From the NCBI GenBank assembly GCA_965216875.1, contig OZ244207.1, positions 5,344,001-5,408,000 of the forward strand: a DNA stretch of 64,000 nucleotides. Reading direction: 5' to 3'. Position 1 is the first letter of the stretch. Every line of letters starts with the position of its first letter. A program made the position numbers and the translations under genes. The notes under the pieces were generated by a model that was not told the origin of the DNA, ran no database searches, and worked only from the letters and a program-made list of their open reading frames with translations. The DNA is from Rubripirellula sp. GTDB lineage: Bacteria > Planctomycetota > Planctomycetia > Pirellulales > Pirellulaceae. Positions 49,332 through 58,776 of the stretch are shown here, in pieces.

Positions 49332-50138
49332 TTAGGAGAGCCCCAACACGTCGAACATGTTGTAGAGGCCGGGTCCTTTGTCCATCAACCATTTTGCCGC
49401 AGTCAATGCGCCGGACGCATAGCAGTCACGATTGCTTGCCGCCACGTTCAACTCGATCTTTTCGCCCATCATGCCGAACACGATCGTATGCTCACCAGGA
49501 TTGTCGCCAACGCGAATCGCGTGGTATCCGATTTCGTTGCGTGTTCGCTGGCCCGTTTCGCCTTCGCGACCGTGAACATGCTTGGTGTCTTCATCAAGCT
49601 TTTCGGCAATCAGTTCACCGAATCGCAATGCCGTTCCGCTTGGTGCGTCGGCTTTAAAGCGATGGTGCCGCTCTAGAATCTCGATGTCAATTCCGCCGCC
49701 CACATCCTTGAGCGTTTCGGTGATCTGCTGAGTCAACTTCATCGTCAGGTTCACCGCCATCGACATACTTGGTGCCCAAACGATTGGGATTTGATGCGCG
49801 GCGTTGGCAAGGTCCGATTTTTGGTCGTCGGTCAATCCAGTCGTCGCAACCACCAACCGCGTTTGTTTAGCGACGCAGGCTTCCAAGCAAGCGTCGATTG
49901 CATGCGGCAAGGAAAAGTCGACGACGACGTCGACCGCGTCAGGCCACTCGGGCGAAAGAGGCACGCCGACTTCGCCGATCCCAGCAATCGTCCCGGCGTC
50001 CTGGCCAGCAAGATCGTGACCGGCATGGTCGATCGCTGCGACCAATTTCAAGGCTTGATCGTCCGACGCCAAAGCGACCACTCGGCGTCCCATACGTCCG
50101 GCCGCACCGTGCACGGCAATTTGAATTTCGTTGCTCAT
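49332..50138 (-). CDS. dapB: 4-hydroxy-tetrahydrodipicolinate reductase
   Basis: GAAGRMG, DFS, TTG, ERHHRFKADAPSGTA, GEHTI. Confidence 0.96.
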   Translation of the reverse strand: MSNEIQIAVHGAAGRMGRRVVALASDDQALKLVAAIDHAGHDLAGQDAGTIAGIGEVGVPLSPEWPDAVDVVVDFSLPHAIDACLEACVAKQTRLVVATTGLTDDQKSDLANAAHQIPIVWAPSMSMAVNLTMKLTQQITETLKDVGGGIDIEILERHHRFKADAPSGTALRFGELIAEKLDEDTKHVHGREGETGQRTRNEIGYHAIRVGDNPGEHTIVFGMMGEKIELNVAASNRDCYASGALTAAKWLMDKGPGLYNMFDVLGLS

Positions 50139-50241
50139 GCCAGGAATGTACCCGGAATCCCCAGCCTTGTAACGGCGGCGGGTAGAATCACGTCTCGATT
50201 CCGCGGTCGCAAGATCGTCGCACCCCACTCGGAGCAAGCTG

Positions 50242-51042
50242 ATGTTTTCGTGGCTGAAGAAGAAGGAACCGGTCAAACCCGAAACCTACGGACCGGAATT
50301 CTCGGTCACCTTCCACAATGACCAGGGCAGCTGGGAAGAATCGGTCAATTTGCTCGACGTGATGTCTGAAGTGATGGCCCAATCGGGCGTCGAGTTGACT
50401 CGAAAAGGCGACTCGCTGGTCGACCCGAAGACGGGATTCGAGTTTCGCCCCGAGTTCCTATCGCTCGAACCCGGCGAAGGTTCGGTGTCGACGTGCAGCG
50501 TCACAACGGTCATCCATCCAAAGATTTGCCCCGATGGAATCTTCGAATACCAGCACGCCGGGGGCGACGATCTTGCCGGCTCCTTTCGGCAAGGGTTCGA
50601 GATGTGGCAGCAAACCGATTACGCGACGCTCAAAGAAGCAGTACTCCCCAAGCCAGACAACCTCACACACATGGAGATGAAACTGCCCGATGGTCGAGTG
50701 CGCCGCATCCTGCTTGGTCCGGTCGCCCACTACGTCGAAGACGAAGAAGCTCATCTTGCCGGTTCGAAATGCTCGCCCGACGGCGACGAGCATCCATTCT
50801 GTCCGTGTTGTCTTTTCACAAACACACTGATGGCGTTCAAGCCGCTGCTCGATACCGATGACTTTTATGCACTGCGCATGTTTGCATCACGAGACGAGAC
50901 CGGAAGGGCCCAGGCCGATTGCCGCGTTAACGGCCACGACGACCGTAAGGGAATGGCAGAGCTGAAGAAGTACATCAACCAATGGCCGCAAGCTGGTTTT
51001 GAGTTTCGAAAACAATACGTGCTCATCCAATCAGTGAAGTAA
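50242..51042 (+). CDS. DUF6348-like hypothetical protein
   Basis: FEYQH, HPFCPCCLFT, ADCRVNG and EFRKQYV motifs. Confidence 0.6.
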   Translation: MFSWLKKKEPVKPETYGPEFSVTFHNDQGSWEESVNLLDVMSEVMAQSGVELTRKGDSLVDPKTGFEFRPEFLSLEPGEGSVSTCSVTTVIHPKICPDGIFEYQHAGGDDLAGSFRQGFEMWQQTDYATLKEAVLPKPDNLTHMEMKLPDGRVRRILLGPVAHYVEDEEAHLAGSKCSPDGDEHPFCPCCLFTNTLMAFKPLLDTDDFYALRMFASRDETGRAQADCRVNGHDDRKGMAELKKYINQWPQAGFEFRKQYVLIQSVK

Positions 51043-51056
51043 CACGCCGTTGCAAA

Positions 51057-51375
51057 GTCGCCTTTCGCTCCGCGAAAGCAGCGTCCGCAAATGCAACCGT
51101 CGCCAACTCCTGAGCCGTACGCGCTAGCGTCGGGCCTTGCTGCTTACGCGTTCGCATTTTGTCGCCTTTCGCTCCGCGAAAGTAGCGTCCGCAAACGCAA
51201 CTTTTGCGGAGCAAAAGGCGACTCATTCAAAGCTCGACTCAAAAACCACAGCCCTCTGGCGCGCGCAGGAACTGGGCGAGTTGCCGCAGAGCGGCGAAGA
51301 GTGTGTTCCCACGGGGACCGTGGGAACAAGGTAGGTAGTATCCGCAAGCGCAACTATTGCGGAGCAAAAGGCGAC
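51057..51375. repeat. Composite REP-like cluster (four family D arms, family E, and a further hairpin)
   Basis: GTCGCCTTTCGCTCCGCGAAAG at 51057 and 51161; inverse arms at 51201 and 51354; TGAGCCGTACGCGCTAGCGTCGGGCC 51111-51136; GTTCCCACGGGGACCGTGGGAAC 51305-51327. Confidence 0.8.
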
Positions 51376-51388
51376 TATTTCAAAACAC

Positions 51389-52816
51389 TTACGAGTAAAG
51401 CTGGATGGCTTTAATGATGTCGTCGAGTTCGTTTTGAACGGCGACGGCGCGGTTGGCGTAGCTCGCCTTCTTCACACCGCGGCTGCCGAGTGTCTTGTTG
51501 AAGACTTCTTGATCCGTTGTGTGATAAGCAACGGTTGCGTTGGGGTCTTTCAATTCGTGCCCCGTCAGCACACAGACGACGCGGTCGCTCGGTGCAATGA
51601 CGCCTTCGCGACGCAATAGTTTTGCGCCAGCAACGCTCGCCGCGGATGCGGGTTCACATCCGAATCCACCGCCACCCACTTTTGCTTTGGCATCAAGGAT
51701 TTCCTGGTCGCTCACTTGGCGAACGACACCGTCCATGAAATCCAAAGCACGCAAGCACTTTTTCAAATTGACGGGGCGATTGATCTCAATGGCGCTAGCG
51801 ATCGTGTCGGCCTTTTTGCCTTCGCGATCCATTTCATCGTTGTAAGCAACGATCGGGTCCATATCGACGTTGCCGCCGTTCCAGCGAACACCGCGGCGCT
51901 CGTAGAGTTCGTAAAGCGTATCCGCGCCGGCGGCATTGATCACAGCCAATCGCGGAACACGATCGATCAAACCGTGTTGCTTCAGCTCCATAAAGGCTTT
52001 GCCAAACGAACTGCTGTTACCGAGGTTACCGCCGGGAACAACGATCCAATCTGGCACTTCCCAACGAAGCGCCTCGAGGATGCGGAACATGATCGTCTTC
52101 TGGCCTTCAAGGCGATACGGGTTCACGCTGTTGACCAAGTAGATGCCCATCTCTTGTGAGATCTGCTTGACGCGAATCATGGCATCGTCAAAGTCGCCGG
52201 CAATTTGAACGGTCAGTGCGCCGTAGTCGAGCGCTTGGCTGAGTTTGCCATAACTGATTTTGCCGCTACCGATGAAGATGACCGCCTTCATCAAACGCGT
52301 TGCACTGCAGTAGAGCGCGAGCGACGCGCTGGTGTTTCCGGTACTGGCACACGCGGCTCGTTTGGCCCCCATCATGTTGGCGTGGGTGACGGCGGCAACC
52401 ATGCCATTGTCTTTAAAGCTGCCCGAAGGGTTCATGCCCTCGTACTGCAAATGCAAACACCCTGTGTTCATCCCAACGTATTGGCCGACGGGGTCGGTCT
52501 GTTGCAACAGCGTTTGACCTTCGCCGACCGTGATGATCTGGTCTTGAGGCGCGAAGGGAAGCAGCTCGTGAAATCGCCACACGCCACTAAAGCGAGTTGG
52601 ATTGGTCCGCTCGGCCCACATTGACTCAAAGTACTTCAAGCTTTCGGGAACGTTGGCGCGATCCCAGTCGTAGTCGATGTCGAGCAGGTCGCCACATTTG
52701 TCACACGACGTGCGCGCGCTCATTGCATCGTACGTAGCACCGCAACACGGATTGATGCACTTCTGAAAGGCGAGGTCGGTTTGGATGGCGTTACCTTTGG
52801 CGGCTGTCTGCAACAT
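51389..52816 (-). CDS. thrC: Threonine synthase
   Basis: N-terminal Cys cluster, [58 protein letters not shown]. Confidence 0.93.
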   Translation of the reverse strand: MLQTAAKGNAIQTDLAFQKCINPCCGATYDAMSARTSCDKCGDLLDIDYDWDRANVPESLKYFESMWAERTNPTRFSGVWRFHELLPFAPQDQIITVGEGQTLLQQTDPVGQYVGMNTGCLHLQYEGMNPSGSFKDNGMVAAVTHANMMGAKRAACASTGNTSASLALYCSATRLMKAVIFIGSGKISYGKLSQALDYGALTVQIAGDFDDAMIRVKQISQEMGIYLVNSVNPYRLEGQKTIMFRILEALRWEVPDWIVVPGGNLGNSSSFGKAFMELKQHGLIDRVPRLAVINAAGADTLYELYERRGVRWNGGNVDMDPIVAYNDEMDREGKKADTIASAIEINRPVNLKKCLRALDFMDGVVRQVSDQEILDAKAKVGGGGFGCEPASAASVAGAKLLRREGVIAPSDRVVCVLTGHELKDPNATVAYHTTDQEVFNKTLGSRGVKKASYANRAVAVQNELDDIIKAIQLYS

Positions 52817-53097
52817 GACGAAATCAATCAACAGGGTGGTTCAGAGCGTCGTTGGCTTCTGAACGCAACTTTTGTGGGTTTCGGGGCAATCCTGCTCCCC
52901 AACTCTAAATCGGCTCAATCGCGTTTCGGCTGTATCTTCGGGCTAGCCGGAGTGAAAAAATGACAAAGATAGGGATTATGGGTGCAAATACATCTGGGCA
53001 AGTTGGTCGCTAACATTCTACCGTGGACCCTGAAAATCGAAACACAGATCGTAGCACGAAAAACAGCCACCCTCCTTTCGAAGGGAAAAGAGTCTCC

Positions 53098-53745
53098 ATG
53101 GATGGATCCTCCTCAACCCCGACAGCAGTTGTGAACCAATCAAGCGAATCAACGCAGGGAACGTCATCGATCCGGTCGGTACCAATGAGCCGGCTGTACC
53201 TCTTTTCGATGCTCGCAATCTCCGGCGCGATCGCTGATTTGTGGACAAAATCGGCCATTTTCAGCTGGCGCGGTCTGCCCGGCCAAAGTGATATCTGGTG
53301 GATCGTCGAAGGCAACTTTGGCATCGAAACCGCCGTCAATCCAGGTGCCGTCTTTGGAATGGGTGCCGGTATGGGGCTCCTGTTCGCCGCACTCTCAATC
53401 GTGGCGGGAATCGGAATCATTACCTGGCTGTTTTGGTTTCGGGCCGCCGAGTCGCTCTTTCTGACCATCGCGATGGGAATGATTTGCGGCGGCATTATCG
53501 GCAATCTTTACGACCGGTTGGGCATGTGGTGGCAGCCCACATACGACCCGAGCTGGAAAAGTGGGGTTCGCGATTGGATCTTGGTCCGCTTCGAAGGCGT
53601 GCCGTTTTTTGATCCCTGGCCAAACTTTAATATCGCCGACTCGCTGTTGGTGGTTGGCGCAATGATGCTGGTGATCCAATCTTTCATGCCGGTGCACGAA
53701 GAAGTCGAAAACGACAGCGACGGCAAATTGGCTGATGAGCAGTAA
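53098..53745 (+). CDS. lspA: Lipoprotein signal peptidase II
   Basis: DLWTK, NPGAVFG, GNLYDR, VRDWI, WPNFNIAD. Confidence 0.93.
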   Translation: MDGSSSTPTAVVNQSSESTQGTSSIRSVPMSRLYLFSMLAISGAIADLWTKSAIFSWRGLPGQSDIWWIVEGNFGIETAVNPGAVFGMGAGMGLLFAALSIVAGIGIITWLFWFRAAESLFLTIAMGMICGGIIGNLYDRLGMWWQPTYDPSWKSGVRDWILVRFEGVPFFDPWPNFNIADSLLVVGAMMLVIQSFMPVHEEVENDSDGKLADEQ

Positions 53746-54577
53746 CGAAAACGACGGCAAACAAGACCTGGGCGGCCCAGCGACCTGGACACCACTTCAC
53801 GAAGGACGCTTGGCGGCGATGATCGACGTCGCGACGGCGGCCGGCAATCACACGCTGAAGTACTACCGGACGGCCGAATTGGTCGTTGATGCCAAATCCG
53901 ATGACTCGCCGGTGACCATCGCCGACCGGGAAGCCGAGCAGGTCGTCCGCCAACTGATCGCCGAGCTTTTCCCTGAAGACACGGTCCAAGGCGAAGAATT
54001 CGAGGAACAAGCGGGAACCAGCCCCTATCGCTGGGTGGTCGACCCAATCGACGGCACCAAATCGTTCGTCTGCGGCGTCCCGCTCTATTCGACGCTGCTT
54101 GCCCTGGAACTCGATGGCCAACCGCTCGGCGGAGTGATCTTCATTCCCGCGATGGGCGAAATGGTCGTCGCTGCCATCGGCCACGGCTCGTGGTACCGAG
54201 CGGAGGAAACGGGCCAATGGTCCCGAACGGCCGCTTCACAGAAAACCGATCTGAGCCAAGCGGTCTTTGTCACCAGCCAAGTCGACACCTTTGATGAGCG
54301 GGGTGACGCCGAGGCCTACCGCCGGATGGAAAAAGCGGCCTGGATCACGCGCAGCTGGGGCGACGGCTACGGCTACCTGCTGGTGGCCACCGGCCGAGCT
54401 GACGTGATGATCGACCCGATTTGTAACGCCTGGGACGTAGGGGCCATTTTGCCGGTGATCAACGAATCGGGCGGCACATTTACCGATTGGAAAGGCAATT
54501 CGACCGTCCGAGGCGGCGATGGCGTCGGAACCAACGGAAAACTGCACCAGGTAGTGCTGGAGACGCTGCGGGGGTGA
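53735..54577 (+). CDS. hisN: Histidinol-phosphatase (inositol monophosphatase family)
   Basis: DDSPVTIADREAE, GEE, WVVDPIDGTKSF, WGDGYGY, WDVGA; complements the monofunctional HisB. Confidence 0.8.
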   Translation: MSSNENDGKQDLGGPATWTPLHEGRLAAMIDVATAAGNHTLKYYRTAELVVDAKSDDSPVTIADREAEQVVRQLIAELFPEDTVQGEEFEEQAGTSPYRWVVDPIDGTKSFVCGVPLYSTLLALELDGQPLGGVIFIPAMGEMVVAAIGHGSWYRAEETGQWSRTAASQKTDLSQAVFVTSQVDTFDERGDAEAYRRMEKAAWITRSWGDGYGYLLVATGRADVMIDPICNAWDVGAILPVINESGGTFTDWKGNSTVRGGDGVGTNGKLHQVVLETLRG

Positions 54578-54583
54578 CGCTCG

Positions 54584-54711
54584 GTAGGCCGGATCAAGGA
54601 GCGACAGCGACACAGATCCGGCGTCTTCTTGAATCCCTTCGAAAACCGGTATTCGATGCACCCCCACGCTCTGGCGAGCGTAGCTACGCCGACTCTCCCA
54701 GAGGGAGAGTG
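54584..54711. repeat. Composite REP-like cluster (family A, a GTAG hairpin, family F arm)
   Basis: 39 bp identical to 33001-33039; CCACGCTCTGGCGAGCGTAGCTAC 54664-54687; CCGACTCTCCCAGAGGGAGAGTG 54689-54711. Confidence 0.8.
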
Positions 54712-54875
54712 TCAAAGGCTCGACATTGGCGGCCGGACAGACCGTTAGGCCCGACCAAAATCGCCGCAAATTCCCTCTCGGACTCCATTTACAAAACCGG
54801 CCCCGAGAATCTAAACTGCCGGGCTCGCATCTCCGAGAGAAATGCCTCTTTTGACGCCTCGCGGCGGATTTTCCC

Positions 54876-56354
54876 GTGTTTGAATCCCTCTCTGAAGGTC
54901 TGCAGTCAGCCTTTAAGAGCTTGTCCGGCAAAGGCAAGCTCACCGAGGCCAATATGCGCGAGGGGCTCGAGATTGTCCGCAAGGCGATGCTCGAAGCCGA
55001 CGTCAGCTTTCCCGTGGTCCAGTCTTTCATGGATCACGTCACCGAGAAAGCGACCGGAAAGCGGGTTCTGCTGAGTCTTCGCCCGCACGAAGAACTGGTC
55101 AACATCGTCCACCAAGAGCTGGTCGAAATCCTCGGGCCAGTCGATCCGTCGCTGCACCTCAAGAAAGAGGGTCCGACGATCATCATGCTCTGCGGTCTGC
55201 AGGGTAGTGGTAAGACGACGACGTGCGGAAAGCTCTCGCAGCTGCTGATTGAAGAGAACATCAAACCGTTGTTGGTCGCCGCCGACCTTCAGCGTCCTGC
55301 CGCGATCGACCAATTGCATGTGATCGGCGACCAACTTGGCGTCCCGGTCTACAGCGACAAAGGCAACCAGAACCCGGTCAAGGTCTGCCAAGCGGGTGTC
55401 GCCAAGGCAAAGGAAGAAGGCGCCCGGGTCGTCATCCTCGACACCGCGGGCCGTTTGGCAATCGACGAAGAGTTGATGGCCGAACTTCAACGGATCGACA
55501 AAAAGGTCAGCCCCGACCAGGTCTACTTGGTCGTGGACGGGATGACCGGTCAAGACGCCGTCAACAGTGCCGGAGCCTTTAACGAGGCGCTCGAGCTCGA
55601 TGGCGTGATCATGACCAAGCTTGACGGTGACGCACGTGGCGGTGCGTTGCTTTCGGTCAAGCATGTGACCGGTGTTCCGATCAAGTTCATCGGTACTGGC
55701 GAACACTTCGATGCACTCGAGCCGTTTCGTCCTGAAGGGATGGCCGGGCGTATCTTGCAGATGGGCGACATCGTCGCGGCCGCCCGCGAAGCTCATCGAA
55801 TCGTCGACGAGAAAGAACGTGAAGAACTCGAAGCCAAGATGGCTTCGGGCGAATTCACGCTCGACGACTTCAAGAACATGATGCAAAAGGTCGCCAAGCC
55901 CGGATTGATGGGCAAGATGATGGGCCTGATGCCTGGCATGGGCGACTTGAAGGACGTCATCGAAAGCGACGAAGCGGCAAGTGGTATTCGCCAAACCATC
56001 GGTGCGATCAACAGCATGACGATGGAGGAGCGAAAGAACCCCAAACTGATCGACGCACAACGCCGCACGCGAATCGCCAAAGGTGCTGGTGTGCAAACAC
56101 CCGTCGTTTCGCAACTGATCAAGCAGTTCGAAGTGATGAAGCCGCTGATGCAGGGCATGGCAGGCAAGGGTGCTGGCGATCGCATGAAAATGATGCAACA
56201 GCTGCAAGCCAGTGGCGCGATGAACGACCCGACCATGAAGGGTCTCAAGGTCAAAAAGGGCACGGGCAAACGACTCAGCGCCGCCGAACGTGCAAAGCAA
56301 AAGAAGCAGCGTGAAAAGATGAAGCGGCAGCAGAAACGAAGCAAACGAAGCTAA
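54876..56354 (+). CDS. ffh: Signal recognition particle protein
   Basis: LEADV, GLQGSGKTTT, DTAGR, TKLDGDARGG, Met-rich M domain. Confidence 0.97.
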   Translation: MFESLSEGLQSAFKSLSGKGKLTEANMREGLEIVRKAMLEADVSFPVVQSFMDHVTEKATGKRVLLSLRPHEELVNIVHQELVEILGPVDPSLHLKKEGPTIIMLCGLQGSGKTTTCGKLSQLLIEENIKPLLVAADLQRPAAIDQLHVIGDQLGVPVYSDKGNQNPVKVCQAGVAKAKEEGARVVILDTAGRLAIDEELMAELQRIDKKVSPDQVYLVVDGMTGQDAVNSAGAFNEALELDGVIMTKLDGDARGGALLSVKHVTGVPIKFIGTGEHFDALEPFRPEGMAGRILQMGDIVAAAREAHRIVDEKEREELEAKMASGEFTLDDFKNMMQKVAKPGLMGKMMGLMPGMGDLKDVIESDEAASGIRQTIGAINSMTMEERKNPKLIDAQRRTRIAKGAGVQTPVVSQLIKQFEVMKPLMQGMAGKGAGDRMKMMQQLQASGAMNDPTMKGLKVKKGTGKRLSAAERAKQKKQREKMKRQQKRSKRS

Positions 56355-56503
56355 CCAAATACAAACCGAATCATTCAACAAATCAAATGCCGGATGTTCC
56401 GGCACCGACCCGGACGCCAAGGGAATTCAACCAAATCCAACCTTGGCTCCAGGAAGTCTGACTTGAAGTTGACACTTGCAACCCAATAGGGAGCATTTCG
56501 CTA

Positions 56504-56944
56504 ATGGCAGTTCGAATCCGAATGAAAAAGATGGGCCGCACCCATCGCCCTTTTTACCGCGTTTGCGCGATGGACAAGCGAAGTCCTCGTGACGGGCGTG
56601 TGATCGAAGAGCTTGGCACTTACGATCCCAGCGTTCCAGAAACCGATGCTCGTGTCACCTTGAAGGCCGACCGTATCGACTACTGGCTTAGCGTTGGCGC
56701 CCAGCCGAGTGACAAGGTCGCTGTACTGATCAAAAAGTACGGCACCGAAGGCACTCACCTCGATGCTCAAAAAGAAGCTCTCGAGCGTTTGGCAAAGCGC
56801 AAGGAATACAATCCTGCTCCGGAAGCGCCCGCCAAGCAAAAGAAGAAAAAGAAAGAGGAAGCCAAAGCCGAAGAACCTGCTGCGGAAGCCCCCGCAGAAG
56901 AAGCTCCGGCCGAAGCTGCCAGCGAGGAAGCAGCAAGCGAGTGA
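56504..56944 (+). CDS. rpsP: 30S ribosomal protein S16 with Lys/Glu/Ala-rich C-terminal extension
   Basis: MAVRIRM...RPFYR...RDGRVIEELGTYDP...WLSVGAQPS. Confidence 0.96.
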   Translation: MAVRIRMKKMGRTHRPFYRVCAMDKRSPRDGRVIEELGTYDPSVPETDARVTLKADRIDYWLSVGAQPSDKVAVLIKKYGTEGTHLDAQKEALERLAKRKEYNPAPEAPAKQKKKKKEEAKAEEPAAEAPAEEAPAEAASEEAASE

Positions 56945-57007
56945 TCGCCTGTTTGCCCTCCATGGTTTCGCTGAGTTCATCATTCGCTGCGAGGCTAATT
57001 GCACCTC

Positions 57008-57724
57008 ATGCGATTTGACATCGTCACCCTCTTTCCAGCAATCTTTGACGGCTACCTGACGCAAAGCTTGTTGGACAAGGCGATCGTCCGAGAATTGGTC
57101 CACATTCACCGCCACAACCTGCGGGACTGGGCCAAGGACACTCCGCACCGGCAAGTCGACGACAAGCCGTTTGGCGGTGGGCCTGGGATGCTGATTCAAG
57201 TCGAACCGACGGTGAAATGCGTCGAAGCAGTCGAGCAGATGGACACGGTGGCGTCGCGAAAGGTGTTGCTGACGCCGCAAGGAAAGCGATTTGACCAACG
57301 GATGGCCGAAGACTTTGCGACCAGCGAGCGGATCATGCTGCTCTGTGGTCGGTACGAAGGATTCGACCAACGCGTGCTCGACATTGTGGAGCCCGAAGAG
57401 GTCAGCGTGGGTGATTTCGTCTTGAATGGAGGCGAAGTTGCCGCGATGGTGATGATCGACGCGATCGTCCGGCTTTTGCCAGGCGTTCTCGGCGATGAGA
57501 ACAGCAGCATTGATGATTCGTTCAGCCGCGGAAACCGGATGCTCGAATTTCCTCAATACACACGACCAAGAGAGTTTCGTGGACACCAAGTCCCCGATGT
57601 CCTCTTGAGCGGCGATCACCCGGCAATCGCCAAATGGCGAGCCGAGCAGAGCCGAATAAGAACACAACAACGACGCAGCGACCTGCTGCGAGATGAAACA
57701 AACGACGAAAACACCGAAGTCTGA
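57008..57724 (+). CDS. trmD: tRNA (guanine-N1)-methyltransferase
   Basis: TLFP, DDKPFGGGPGM, CGRYEGFDQR, GDFVLNGGE, PQYTRP, LLSGDH. Confidence 0.97.
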   Translation: MRFDIVTLFPAIFDGYLTQSLLDKAIVRELVHIHRHNLRDWAKDTPHRQVDDKPFGGGPGMLIQVEPTVKCVEAVEQMDTVASRKVLLTPQGKRFDQRMAEDFATSERIMLLCGRYEGFDQRVLDIVEPEEVSVGDFVLNGGEVAAMVMIDAIVRLLPGVLGDENSSIDDSFSRGNRMLEFPQYTRPREFRGHQVPDVLLSGDHPAIAKWRAEQSRIRTQQRRSDLLRDETNDENTEV

Positions 57725-57754
57725 ATCAGACCTTCACATTGAAGAGAATTAGCC

Positions 57755-58108
57755 ATGTCACAAGCAATCATGGACTTGGTCGAGCGCAGCTCGCTTAAGG
57801 AAAATCCACCCGAGTTTGAAATCGGCGACACCGTCGACGTTCACTTGAAGATTTTGGAAGGCAACAAAGAACGCATCCAAGTCTTCACCGGCGTCGTGAT
57901 CGGTCGCAGCGGAACGGGCAGCAAAGAGATGTTCGCCGTTCGCCGCATCGTCGCTGGCGAAGGTGTGGAACGTAAGTTCCCCGTTCACAGCCCACGTATC
58001 GAAAAGATCGAAGTCAAACGCAGCGGCGTCGTCCGCCGTGCAAAGCTGTACTTCCTTCGCGACCGCGTCGGTAAGGCTGTGCGTCTGAAAGAACGCCGCC
58101 GCACCTAG
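57755..58108 (+). CDS. rplS: 50S ribosomal protein L19
   Basis: [32 protein letters not shown]. Confidence 0.97.
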   Translation: MSQAIMDLVERSSLKENPPEFEIGDTVDVHLKILEGNKERIQVFTGVVIGRSGTGSKEMFAVRRIVAGEGVERKFPVHSPRIEKIEVKRSGVVRRAKLYFLRDRVGKAVRLKERRRT

Positions 58109-58145
58109 GACCGGTCGCTCGACGTCTGTGAGCGGCATCCAACAA

Positions 58146-58253
58146 TCACCCTCCCGCTTGCGGGAGGGTCGGACGCAAAGTCCGGGGAGGGAGTAGTTTC
58201 TATAAAACAAACCCTCTCCGGGCCTTAGAGCCCGACTCTCCCAAGGGAGAGTG
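58146..58253. repeat. REP-like inverted doublet (family F)
   Basis: CACCCTCCCGCTTGCGGGAGGGTCGG...CCGGGGAGGG and the inverse CCCTCTCCGG...CCGACTCTCCCAAGGGAGAGTG. Confidence 0.7.
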
Positions 58254-58326
58254 CTAACACGCGCAGTTTCGAAGCCTAGTAAACGCAACTGCAGCGTGGT
58301 CTCACGCACCCATTACGGCAAATGCG

Positions 58327-58776
58327 GTGAATGAAGTGGGCAGGACCTTCACTCGCATACGCAATGCCTATGGCAATTGGCGCTATGGGCGAATCGACCC
58401 GGCGGCATCGATTGGCCGCCGCGGCGAACTGTACGCCGCCAGAATGTTGCGTCAGAAGGGGCTCGTCGTCGTTGCCCACAGCGAGTCGGATCGCGCGGGC
58501 GAAATCGATCTGATCGCAATCGATCGTCGCCATCAAACGATGATCTTTGTCGAGGTCAAAGCGCTCGCGACGCTCAAACCGGGTCACCCGGCCGATCATG
58601 TCGACCATGACAAACAGCGTCGCATCTCTCACGCCGCGCTGCGATACTTGAAACGCAAACGGCTTCTTGGTGTTGCCTGCCGATTTGACGTGATCGCAAT
58701 CTGGTGGCCCGAGGACTGGGACCAACCAGAACACGCCGAACACTACGAAGCCGCCTTCGAAACGGTTGAAAGTTAG
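58327..58776 (+). CDS. YraN (UPF0102) family putative endonuclease
   Basis: GRRGELYA, GEIDLIA, IFVEVK, CRFDVIAI; usual position after rplS. Confidence 0.9.
   Translation: MNEVGRTFTRIRNAYGNWRYGRIDPAASIGRRGELYAARMLRQKGLVVVAHSESDRAGEIDLIAIDRRHQTMIFVEVKALATLKPGHPADHVDHDKQRRISHAALRYLKRKRLLGVACRFDVIAIWWPEDWDQPEHAEHYEAAFETVES

Noticed and set aside
56355..56503. SRP RNA downstream of ffh
   Set aside because: The conserved domain IV motif and long hairpin were not found; only a short GCCGGA...TCCGGC stem is present.
54906..57670. Long antisense ORFs (504 aa, 389 aa) and similar shadow ORFs opposite mnmG, gatB, ltaE and others
   Set aside because: They lie opposite well-conserved genes, have no motifs, and are expected from codon bias in GC-rich DNA.
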